Virus record (IMG/VR): IMGVR_UViG_3300048851_000171
Span: 1-40,594 of that record
DNA from: a virus
Lineage: Duplodnaviria > Caudoviricetes
Reading direction: 5' to 3' (one strand)
DNA length: 40,594 bases
Positions within the stretch are counted from its first letter, which is position 1, and the number at the start of each line of letters is the position of its first letter. The translations under genes and the position numbers were made by a program. This document shows positions 28,259 through 36,218 of the stretch, piece by piece. The notes beneath the pieces are model-generated. The model searched no databases. It saw only the letters and a program-made list of their open reading frames with translations, and had not been told where the DNA came from.

Positions 28259-28666
28259 ATGGCGAAGGAAATCGTGCTGGCCGTCATCCATGAGGAGAAC
28301 GGCAGCTTTGGCATCAGCTTCCCGGACTTTCCGGGCTGCATCTCGGGCGGTGACACCATCGAAGAGGCGGTCAGCAAAGGCGCTCAGGCGCTCGCGTTCC
28401 ACATCGACGGCATGGTGGAAGATGGCGAGGAACTCCCGGCCATTCGGAAGTTTCACGAAATCATGCCGGGTGTTCAGGCTCAGAACGACAAAAGCGTGGT
28501 GATCGCTGCCCTTGAGACGGAATTGCCCGGCAAGGCGCTGCGCATCAACATCACCATGGAGGAGACGCTGCTGAAGCGGATCGACCGCGCGGCGGCCAAG
28601 GATAGTCTCAGCCGCTCCGCTTTCCTTGCGGAAGCCGCTCGGGATCGATTGCAAAAGGCGAGCTAG
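28259..28666 (+). CDS. hicB: HicB family antitoxin with C-terminal RHH
   Basis: FGISFPDFPGCISGGDTIEEA; RINITM...RID...SRSAFLAEAA. Confidence 0.92.
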   Translation: MAKEIVLAVIHEENGSFGISFPDFPGCISGGDTIEEAVSKGAQALAFHIDGMVEDGEELPAIRKFHEIMPGVQAQNDKSVVIAALETELPGKALRINITMEETLLKRIDRAAAKDSLSRSAFLAEAARDRLQKAS

Positions 28667-28671
28667 GCCGC

Positions 28672-30720
28672 TCATTCCGCCGCCTCGCGCAGCACGGCCA
28701 GATCGGGGCAGTTCGCGGCCACCAGGGCGCGCGCCATGGGCGGACACACCGAGTTGCCGCACATGCGCGTCTGCGACGACTGCGGCAGCGGGCGCCCGTT
28801 GAACTCGATGTCGATGCGGTAGGTGTCCGGAAAGCCCTGCGCGCGGTAGAGCTCGCGCGCCTTCAGCATCCGCATGCCGATGTCGGCGATCTCGTAGAGC
28901 TCGCCCTCGATCGTCACGAGGCCGAAGCGTGGCAGCGCCGTCACGGTGTGCAGCGGATCTTCAACGCCCTGCCCGTCTTCGGTGCTGCCGTAGTATTTCA
29001 GCAGGAAGGCGCGGACCTCGGCCGCGTGCGTGCCGCCTCCGGTCACGGTGTTCAGCGGCGCATCCACGTCCGCCCCGCGGCGGTCGGAGCCGCGCAGGTT
29101 CAGCATGCCGGCCGACACCACGGCCTGTTGCGACATGCCGCGGTCGCCGCCCGCCGTGACGGTGGAGAGCGGCGCTTCCACCGTGTGGCCGACGACGCCC
29201 GTGTTGTGCTGGGCAAGGAAGGCGGCTGTTAGCTGGTGCCGGTTCCCCTGCGTCGTGACCGTATGAAGCGGCTCATCCACCGCAGAGCATGGCTTAGAGC
29301 CGAAGTTTTGCTTGACGATAGAAGCCGCTACCAGGCCGAGCGGCACGGCGCCGCCTGGATGATACTCGGAGTGGGCGGCCGTCACCGTCGGCACCGGGGC
29401 CTCGGCATCGGAGCCGGTCGCGCCCGTGTTGAACTTCGTCAGGTGCGCAGCCGTCAGGCAGGTGTCCGCTTTAGCTGTCGCGGTGTGCATCGGCTCATCG
29501 AGGCCACGCGGGCGGCTCTGCCCGGCCCGGCCGCCGCAGCCGACCAGTTGCGGGGCGACCAGGCTCAGCCCTGCCCCGCCTGCCGTAATGGTGTGCGTCG
29601 GCTCATCTGCGCCGTTGTGCGGCTTCTGCGCACTGCGCATCGTCATGACATGCGGCGCGAGGATCGGCGCAACGACGGTGTTCTGATCCTTTGTGCTGGC
29701 CGTGACGGTGTGCAGCGGATCTTCCGCCGAGCGCACGCGCCCGCCCTGCTGGGCGTAGGAGACGTGCGGCACCACCACGCCATGGCTGATGCCGCCGCTC
29801 GTCACGGTGCCAATCGGCTCCTCGAGCGGATACTCGCGCCTGCCGCCGCTGTAGCCGTGCGCCACGCTGACGATGAACGGCTTGGCCGCGTCCAGCACGT
29901 AGCGCTTCACGCCCTTGGCGATGCGCGCCATCGTGGCGTCTGCCAGCGGGCGGTTGCAGCCCACCTTCCGGCCCTCTTCCTTAGTCAGAAAGATCGACGG
30001 GCAGGGCAGTGACCAGTCGATGATTTCAGCCGCCGTGCGCCAAGGCAGCTTCCTGCCCGCGATCACGTCGGGATCGGTCGGCTTGCCGTGGGTCGGCTCA
30101 GGCCAGACGATGGCGCGGCCGTCCCGGCGCGCGATGAGGAACAGCCGCTTGCGGATGGTCGGCGCGCCATAGTCGCAGGCCCGCAACTCGCGCCATTCCA
30201 CGCGGTAGCCGAGCCGCTTCAGTTCGGCCATCCATGCCTGGAACGTCTGTCCTTTGCGGTCGGGGCACGGCTTGCCCTCCGCCGTGATCGGGCCCCAATC
30301 GCGGAATTCCTCCACGTTCTCCAGCATGATGACGCGCGGGCGCACCCGCTTGGCCCAATGCACCACCACCCACGCAAGGTCGCGGATGTGCCGCTTCACG
30401 GGCTTGCCGCCCTTGGCCTTGCTGAAGTGCTTGCAGTCCGGCGAGAACCAGGCGAGCCCGACAGGCGCGCCGTTCACGATCTCCAGCGGATCGACGTGCC
30501 AGACGTTCTTCGACAGGTGCACGGTGTGCGGATGGTTCGCGGCGTGCAGCGCCAGCGCTTCCGGGTCGTGGTTGATGGCGAAGTCCGGCGAGCGGCCGAG
30601 CGCCATCTCGATTCCGGTCGAGGCGCCGCCGCCGCCCGCAAAGCTGTCCACGATCAGTTCATGCCGGGGGGCTGACGGCGCGCGGTCGCCGAAGAACACG
30701 TCAAACGGAAGCACGCTCAC
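28672..30720 (-). CDS. C5 cytosine DNA methyltransferase with an expanded, repetitive variable region
   Basis: FAGGGG, SPDC, ENV, R.RLF, QGFP, GNSV motifs; about 9 repeats of D/E-P-x-x-T-V-T-A. Confidence 0.92.
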   Translation of the reverse strand: MSVLPFDVFFGDRAPSAPRHELIVDSFAGGGGASTGIEMALGRSPDFAINHDPEALALHAANHPHTVHLSKNVWHVDPLEIVNGAPVGLAWFSPDCKHFSKAKGGKPVKRHIRDLAWVVVHWAKRVRPRVIMLENVEEFRDWGPITAEGKPCPDRKGQTFQAWMAELKRLGYRVEWRELRACDYGAPTIRKRLFLIARRDGRAIVWPEPTHGKPTDPDVIAGRKLPWRTAAEIIDWSLPCPSIFLTKEEGRKVGCNRPLADATMARIAKGVKRYVLDAAKPFIVSVAHGYSGGRREYPLEEPIGTVTSGGISHGVVVPHVSYAQQGGRVRSAEDPLHTVTASTKDQNTVVAPILAPHVMTMRSAQKPHNGADEPTHTITAGGAGLSLVAPQLVGCGGRAGQSRPRGLDEPMHTATAKADTCLTAAHLTKFNTGATGSDAEAPVPTVTAAHSEYHPGGAVPLGLVAASIVKQNFGSKPCSAVDEPLHTVTTQGNRHQLTAAFLAQHNTGVVGHTVEAPLSTVTAGGDRGMSQQAVVSAGMLNLRGSDRRGADVDAPLNTVTGGGTHAAEVRAFLLKYYGSTEDGQGVEDPLHTVTALPRFGLVTIEGELYEIADIGMRMLKARELYRAQGFPDTYRIDIEFNGRPLPQSSQTRMCGNSVCPPMARALVAANCPDLAVLREAAE

Positions 30721-31892
30721 GCCGCCACCTCTTTCACCAGATCGTTGATGTCCAAGCCGTCGCCGGGATCGGCGAGGCGGATGGTGCGGCCCGGTCGCGC
30801 ACTGCGGCGGGCGCAGCGCGTCAGGGCATGCGCGGTCAGCACCGGCTCGCTGTCGCCGTCGCGGATGAGGATCAGCTCCTCGCAGCACTCCGGCAAAGGC
30901 ATGGCGCGCGCGCCGGGCTCCGGATCCGGGCCGGGCACCATGCGGGCCCGGTGCACGCCGCGCGCGTCGACCTTCGTGAGGGTCGGGTGCCGCACGGTGG
31001 CCACGGCCTTGCCGCCGAGATTGCCGAGGCTGCCGGCCGCCGTGAACTTGGTGTCGGCGAGGTCGGCACCCGTGGCATCCAGCGCGATGAGCGCCGTCAG
31101 CACGTTCTCGATGCCCTCGGCCGCGATCACCCGGCGCGGCTCCGGCACGGGCCGCAGCACGATCTCGGAGCCAGCGGCCGAGCCGCGCATCTTCTTCGCC
31201 GGCAGGAACTCGCCCGGCTCGTCAGGATCGGGAATGACGGCCTTGCCCTTGGGCTGCGAGGCATCAAGCCAGGTCATGTGCAGGCCGCGGAAGGTGCCCG
31301 TCTCGTCCGTCATCGGCGCCAGCATCACCGGGCCGCGATGCAGCATTCGGCGGGCGTCACCCTTTTGCTTGTCGAAGAAGGGCAGCTCCGGGAAGAACCG
31401 CAGCCGCAGCCGCAGATCGGTGGGGATCGGCGCGCCGACGCGGTTGACGAGGTAGTGCTCGACCTCCGAGCCGCGCCAGTCGCGCGCATCCGGATTGGTC
31501 CAGAGATCCCACATCCGCTTGCGTTCGGCTTCGCGGTAGCTCGCGGACTCCGCGTCGCGCTGGGCACGCTCCCGCGCCCGCTCCTCAGCCCGCCGCGCCG
31601 CCTCGGCATGATCCACGAGGCCGGGCACGCCGCCGAGGTGATCGACCGCCTCGCGGAAGTCCAAATTGTGCATCAGCTGCACGAGCTTGATCACGTCGCC
31701 GCCATCCTGGCAGACGGCGCATACCCACCCCTCGCCCACGACTTCGAAGCGCTCATTGCGCTTGCCGCCGCCGCAAACCGGGCACGGCCCGACCAGCTTT
31801 GAACCGGCCTTGCGCACATCGACGCCCGGAAGGTGATCGACGGGATTGCGCGAGCGGATTTCGGCGATCTGATCTTCGGTCAGGCGGCTCAT
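30717..31892 (-). CDS. DNA primase (Zn-binding plus Toprim-like)
   Basis: GPCPVCGG..RF...CAVC..GGDVI..V Zn domain; AEGIEN and DGD Toprim residues. Confidence 0.85.
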   Translation of the reverse strand: MSRLTEDQIAEIRSRNPVDHLPGVDVRKAGSKLVGPCPVCGGGKRNERFEVVGEGWVCAVCQDGGDVIKLVQLMHNLDFREAVDHLGGVPGLVDHAEAARRAEERARERAQRDAESASYREAERKRMWDLWTNPDARDWRGSEVEHYLVNRVGAPIPTDLRLRLRFFPELPFFDKQKGDARRMLHRGPVMLAPMTDETGTFRGLHMTWLDASQPKGKAVIPDPDEPGEFLPAKKMRGSAAGSEIVLRPVPEPRRVIAAEGIENVLTALIALDATGADLADTKFTAAGSLGNLGGKAVATVRHPTLTKVDARGVHRARMVPGPDPEPGARAMPLPECCEELILIRDGDSEPVLTAHALTRCARRSARPGRTIRLADPGDGLDINDLVKEVAA

Positions 31893-32008
31893 CGGGTGGA
31901 CCGCGCGAAGTAGGCAGCGGCTCCGATGAGCACCAGGACATAAGCCGCGACGGCTGACACCACGAGGATGGTGACGACGCGGGAGGTCAGGACGAGATCC
32001 TCCTCCAT
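31889..32008 (-). CDS. 39 aa single-TM peptide
   Basis: VVTILVVSAVAAYVLVLIGAAAYF; start and stop coupled to neighbours. Confidence 0.55.
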   Translation of the reverse strand: MEEDLVLTSRVVTILVVSAVAAYVLVLIGAAAYFARSTR

Positions 32009-32469
32009 CACTCGCCTTCCCGCAGTTCGGAGAGGATGCCGCTCATCACGCGCATCACGTCGAAGGCTTGGCGCTTCAGTTTCGCACGCTCGGCCGAGGT
32101 CAGCTTTGCCCCGCCCTCGCTGTCCGCACGCGTGCACCGGATGATCTCGCCGACGATCTCGGCCGTCTCCAGCGTCAGGCTTGCGGCGTGCTCGTCCAGC
32201 TCACCGTCATCGGATGGCAGCGGCACGAAGACGCCGCCGGCCAGCAGCGCGAGGTGCTCGGCCGCTGCCGTAACCTTGTGGTGTTCGGTCAGCAGGCAGA
32301 CCTGAGCGAAAGGAGCGCCCTGCGACACGTCAGGGTCAGTCCACCCGTAGACCGTACCGAGGCGTACACTGAGGAAGGCCGCGACCGCTTTCGGGCCTCC
32401 GCAGGCCTCGATAAGCCGGTCAATGGCGTCATGCGCCGATGCGGGAGTGCGGGGCTTGTAGGGGTTCAC
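32008..32469 (-). CDS. phage CII-like regulatory protein
   Basis: LIEACGG...HTH...LALLAGGVFVPLP...G.KLT..E; downstream of cro. Confidence 0.7.
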   Translation of the reverse strand: MNPYKPRTPASAHDAIDRLIEACGGPKAVAAFLSVRLGTVYGWTDPDVSQGAPFAQVCLLTEHHKVTAAAEHLALLAGGVFVPLPSDDGELDEHAASLTLETAEIVGEIIRCTRADSEGGAKLTSAERAKLKRQAFDVMRVMSGILSELREGE

Positions 32470-32789
32470 CGGAAACCCCCTTCGGCATTCCGGCAGAAGC
32501 TCGCCCAGTTCTCGGCAACACTCAGCCCGTCATCTTTCGAACGGAGCACGTCACCATGAACACCGGCAGCCGCACCCGCGACCCCATCTACCTCGCCCTC
32601 GCCCATCTGGCGCAGGCTCAGGAGATCCTCGAAAGACAGGCCGCTCGCCAGGAGCAGCTCGCGGCCCAGCAGCAGGGCGTCGTCGGGGCTGAGTCCGAAG
32701 CCGAAGCTGCCCTGAAGGCCTCGCAGCCCGAGGCTGACGACGACGGCGCCGGAAGCCGTCCGCACGTGGAAGCTGGCGACGACGTTCAC
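32466..32789 (-). CDS. hypothetical protein
   Basis: 107 aa ORF coupled to the cro stop and the cII start; a competing + strand ORF exists. Confidence 0.45.
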   Translation of the reverse strand: MNVVASFHVRTASGAVVVSLGLRGLQGSFGFGLSPDDALLLGRELLLASGLSFEDLLSLRQMGEGEVDGVAGAAAGVHGDVLRSKDDGLSVAENWASFCRNAEGGFR

Positions 32790-33028
32790 TAGGACGCCTC
32801 CGCCATACGACGGACGCGCTGCCGGCGAGCGTAGAGCCCAGCGAGCACGTCGAAGGTGACGCCGGGAATGCCCCGCCGCTTGGCGCTATCAACGAAGGCC
32901 GGCCAGTAATCGGGCGGGACCGAGTTGCGCGCCTTCATGGTCCGAAGGTGGCTTTCCTTAACCCCGGTATCCGAGGAAAGAACTGCCATGTCCGGCCAAA
33001 GGTCGATGAGTGCGGCGAAGCTCTGCAT
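32789..33028 (-). CDS. Cro-like repressor
   Basis: 79 aa, LIDLWP....SDTGV.....MK.RNSVPP.YW; divergent from cI. Confidence 0.8.
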   Translation of the reverse strand: MQSFAALIDLWPDMAVLSSDTGVKESHLRTMKARNSVPPDYWPAFVDSAKRRGIPGVTFDVLAGLYARRQRVRRMAEAS

Positions 33029-33035
33029 GCCCAAA

Positions 33036-33101
33036 TCGCTACATGAAGTAGCGACTATGGTCAACACAGCATGTAGCTATTCACACGCTACATTGCGTAG
33101 C
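33036..33101. promoter_or_regulatory. cI/cro control region (OR-like operators, PR-like promoter)
   Basis: GCTAC-N5-GTAGC at 33038-33052 and 33087-33101, half-site ATGTAGC near 33071-33077; minus-strand TTGACC-17 nt-TAGCGA. Confidence 0.8.
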
Positions 33102-33818
33102 ATGAGCGAGAATGCAGCACGCAAGGCGCAAGGTGCCCGTCTGGCCGAGGCCCGGAAGAAGGCTGGCTTCAGGTCCGCGCGAGAGGCAGCGCTTCGCTTC
33201 GAGTGGCCGGAAAGCACCTATCGCGCGCATGAGGGCGGCACTCGGACCATCGGCCAGGATGATGCCGAGCGCTATGCACGGTCTTTCGCCAACACCAGCG
33301 CACCACACATCTTGTTCGGCGCTGGCGAGGATCCGGTGGAGGTTCGGCGCGCCCCTTTGCCGCCGTCCGAGATTTCCGCACCCTTTCCCTTCGAGTACGG
33401 ACGCAAGCGCCTGCCTGTCTATGGACGGGGCCGCGGCGGCCCGGACGACGATGCGGGCATGTTCGTTTTCAACGGCGAAACGCTCGCGGAAGTCCTAGCC
33501 CCACCCAGCCTGGAGCATGTGACAGGAGCCTACGCCATCTACATGGCCGGCACGTCGATGGAGCCGCGCTACATCGCTGGCGAGGTGCTTCACATAAACC
33601 CCCACAAACCCGTCCGCCGAGACGACTTTGTCGTCATCCAGCTCCATGCCGGTGAAGGCGAGCCCCCGGTCGGGTATGTGAAGCAGTTCATCTCCCGCTC
33701 ACCTCGGGAGACCATCGTGCGCCAGCTCAATCCGGCGCCTGGCGAGGAAGAAATCCTGCACTATCCGACCGCCGAGGTTGTCTCGATCCACAAGATCGTG
33801 GGCACCGGAGAGGGTTAA
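33102..33818 (+). CDS. CI-like repressor (XRE HTH plus S24 autopeptidase)
   Basis: RLAEARKKAGF.SA.EAA...TYRAHE.G.R HTH; GTSMEPRY..GE and YVKQ Ser-Lys dyad. Confidence 0.92.
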   Translation: MSENAARKAQGARLAEARKKAGFRSAREAALRFEWPESTYRAHEGGTRTIGQDDAERYARSFANTSAPHILFGAGEDPVEVRRAPLPPSEISAPFPFEYGRKRLPVYGRGRGGPDDDAGMFVFNGETLAEVLAPPSLEHVTGAYAIYMAGTSMEPRYIAGEVLHINPHKPVRRDDFVVIQLHAGEGEPPVGYVKQFISRSPRETIVRQLNPAPGEEEILHYPTAEVVSIHKIVGTGEG

Positions 33819-33870
33819 GCACAAGCCGAAAATAACGATTCGACTCTCCCTCCGATCAGAGTCCAAATGA

Positions 33871-33885
33871 GAACATTCCGTGAAC
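33871..33885 (+). promoter_or_regulatory. alphaproteobacterial LexA (SOS) box
   Basis: GAAC-ATTCCGT-GAAC matches GAAC-N7-GAAC and overlaps the GTG start at 33880. Confidence 0.7.
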
Positions 33886-34248
33886 GGAACGGAGGTTCGA
33901 GACGTGACTTTGGTAGCGAGTTTGTCAGCAGTCGAGATCGAGTGCGAGGAGTGCGGACGCTTCAAGCTCTGGGAAAAGCCGATGCTTAAACGCCTGCATC
34001 CGGAGCTATCTCTGGAGCAGCTAAGGCACCGAGTGCACTGCTCCGAGTGCCGACATCAAGGCGGCCAAGGGAGGAACGTCAACGTTCGCGGGCATCGCCA
34101 GCCACCAGGAGCCGACTATGCCAAGAGAGACTGTTTACATCGTCCAATCCTACACGGGCCAGGGCCGGCGGCTCGTCCCCGATCAGCCGCAGCGCCTAGC
34201 TACCGCCGAACGGGCGCTCGAAACCGCACGCCGCTTCGCACCGCTTAA
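33880..34248 (+). CDS. Zn-ribbon protein (two CxxC)
   Basis: CEEC...CSEC; 3' end overlaps the next gene by 131 nt. Confidence 0.6.
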   Translation: MNGTEVRDVTLVASLSAVEIECEECGRFKLWEKPMLKRLHPELSLEQLRHRVHCSECRHQGGQGRNVNVRGHRQPPGADYAKRDCLHRPILHGPGPAARPRSAAAPSYRRTGARNRTPLRTA

Positions 34249-34360
34249 GGCCGGGGTGATCGCGCTCGCGATCGAGGGCGATCCCGACTTTGGCGACTAT
34301 GACGAGCCTATCGTGATCTTCACGGAAGGCCGGACACCGGAAAACCCGCACGCTACATAA
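34118..34360 (+). CDS. hypothetical protein
   Basis: 80 aa with AGGAG RBS; YIVQ.Y...A.R.A..GVIA...GDPDFGDYDEP. Confidence 0.75.
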   Translation: MPRETVYIVQSYTGQGRRLVPDQPQRLATAERALETARRFAPLKAGVIALAIEGDPDFGDYDEPIVIFTEGRTPENPHAT

Positions 34361-34404
34361 TCGCTACATAGTGTGTTGACTAAGTTCGCTACATGGCGTA
34401 GCAA
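34352..34404 (+). promoter_or_regulatory. PL/OL-like early promoter with repressor operators
   Basis: GCTACAT half-sites at 34352 and 34363, full GCTAC-N5-GTAGC at 34388-34402; TTGACT(34376)-17 nt-TAGCAA. Confidence 0.8.
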
Positions 34405-34439
34405 CTTCTCCATCTTCTCCGACGAGATGGAGGCACACT

Positions 34440-34958
34440 GTGCAGCAGGCTCACGCCACCTCAACCCGCCGCCCGACGGCGGAGATCACTGCCAACATGG
34501 CGGATGTCATGCGCCGCCGCGAAGCCGCGAGCGGCGCATGCACTGAGGCCGATCTGCAAGCCGCAGGCTTCTCGGCCTTCGAGATCGCGGCCTATAGCGG
34601 CAACGCATCGGCCCTCGCCCGCCGCCTTGCGCTGCGGGTCATTCAGTCCAATCCGCGCGAGCCTGAGCCCGACCACGTCGAGCCGCCCGTTCTCGCCGCC
34701 ACGCCCAGCAGCCGCCGGTTCTACGCCGACGCCATGTTCGGATCGCTGCGCACCCTGCGCAACGTGCCGCAGACACGGGAAGGCTGCCGCGATCAGCTGA
34801 AGCACTTCGGCTTCCCGGAAGAGATGATCGAGCCCTGCCTCGAAGAGGTCTATGGGCGCCTCCATCCGCACGCCTGTGACCTCGGCCAGGTGCGTTCTCG
34901 CACTCTGATTGCGGCAGCCGACGCCTATGCTCTGCCGCTCGCTCGGGGTGCGCGATGA
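34440..34958 (+). CDS. hypothetical early protein
   Basis: GGAGG RBS, GTG start, first gene after PL. Confidence 0.7.
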   Translation: MQQAHATSTRRPTAEITANMADVMRRREAASGACTEADLQAAGFSAFEIAAYSGNASALARRLALRVIQSNPREPEPDHVEPPVLAATPSSRRFYADAMFGSLRTLRNVPQTREGCRDQLKHFGFPEEMIEPCLEEVYGRLHPHACDLGQVRSRTLIAAADAYALPLARGAR

Positions 34959-35215
34959 GCGACACATCTGCCGTAGTCGTTCCTGATACCCCGGCTGTGC
35001 GGGAAGCATTGGCGCTGATGCTGTGGCACACCGGGCCAGTTGCCGGTGCCTTCCGCGCCGCCGGTCATGTTATCAAGCGCCGAGCCGAAGACGAGCAGGC
35101 CTTCACTCTGCGATGGGCCCTGAACCTGGCCCTCCAGCATGGCGATCAATGGCGGAATGTCGCTGAAGCCGAACTTCAAGCGCTTCGCCCTGCCTCCACG
35201 GAGGCTTCGGCATGA
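34955..35215 (+). CDS. hypothetical protein
   Basis: 86 aa, ATGA-coupled on both sides. Confidence 0.7.
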   Translation: MSDTSAVVVPDTPAVREALALMLWHTGPVAGAFRAAGHVIKRRAEDEQAFTLRWALNLALQHGDQWRNVAEAELQALRPASTEASA

Positions 35216-35835
35216 CCGCCGCCGTCTACATGCACGGGCGTTCCGGTCGCGGCATCGAACTGGTGCAGCCGACAGCCGAGGCCGTCGACTTCCGCGAGAT
35301 CGCCGAGACGCTCGCCGGGATAAATCGGTACACGGCAGCGTTCGAGACGCCGATCTCGGTAGCGCAGCACACCGTCATCGCATGTGAGGCCGTGGCTGAG
35401 TCGTTCAAGCCGTGGGTGCTGGTGCACGACTTCCACGAGCAGCGCATCGGCGACCTCGGCACGCCGCAGGTGAACATGCTCGCGACCATCGCGAGCGAGC
35501 GCTTTCAGGACGGCGAGATCATCGTCCGCGACGCCATCCGCGAGGCCAAGCGCCGGCATGACGTGGCGATCCACGAAGCCGCCGGGCTGACGATGCCGGG
35601 CGCCGCGCAGCGCATCGAGATCAAGCGCGCCGACCTGGTCGCCATGCGTACCGAGATCCGGGACTTCAACGGCAACAAGGCCTGCCCGTGCGGCTGGCCT
35701 GAGGGGCTCTTCGACATCAAGCCCCTGCCCCGCGTCTTCCGGTTCCGCTCGCCGCCCGATGCCGCCGCCGAGCTCTATGCGCTGATGCAGCGCTACCTGC
35801 CCGCCCTCAGTGGCGGCCATCCCCTTCGCCGCTGA
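35212..35835 (+). CDS. HD-domain phosphohydrolase (YfbR/YfdR-like deoxynucleotidase)
   Basis: IAETLAGINRY, SVAQH, VHDFHE..IGD..TP, IKRAD. Confidence 0.85.
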   Translation: MTAAVYMHGRSGRGIELVQPTAEAVDFREIAETLAGINRYTAAFETPISVAQHTVIACEAVAESFKPWVLVHDFHEQRIGDLGTPQVNMLATIASERFQDGEIIVRDAIREAKRRHDVAIHEAAGLTMPGAAQRIEIKRADLVAMRTEIRDFNGNKACPCGWPEGLFDIKPLPRVFRFRSPPDAAAELYALMQRYLPALSGGHPLRR

Positions 35836-35847
35836 GAGAACCGCACA

Positions 35848-36191
35848 TGGCACGCACGATCCGCCGTTTCACCGAGATGCTGGGGCTTCTGGCCCGCGGC
35901 AAGTTCGAACCCAAGCTCGACGCCGCTTTGGCCGAGGCGCTCCAGACGCTGGAGAACCTGCCGGGCAGCAAGGGCACGGCCACCATCACCGTCACGCTCA
36001 CTGTCGCGATGGCGGATGACCGGGTCGAGATCAAGCCGAAGCTGGCGATGAAGCTGCCGGAAGAGGCGACGCCCTCCACCACGTTCTGGCCCGTCGAGGG
36101 TGAATTGTCCGTCCAGCACCCCAGCCAGATCAACATGTTCGAACCCCGTGAGGCCGGCGCGCCTCGCGGCAGCGACGCCGCGTCCGCGTAA
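35848..36191 (+). CDS. conserved phage protein upstream of DUF2303
   Basis: 114 aa, K..ITVTL...KLP...FW...G.LS..HP.Q..MF; end taken from the ORF track. Confidence 0.75.
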
Positions 36192-36218
36192 CCGAATCTC
36201 AGAAGTCAGGAGCATCCC

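Noticed and set aside
25872-30720. Restriction-modification, BREX or DISARM system
   Set aside because: Only orphan methyltransferases; no nuclease or accessory ATPase genes
25872-30888. Long N-terminal extensions in the ORF track for Dam (to 27068) and Dcm (to 30888)
   Set aside because: They overlap real upstream genes; the coupled starts at 26756 and 30720 fit better
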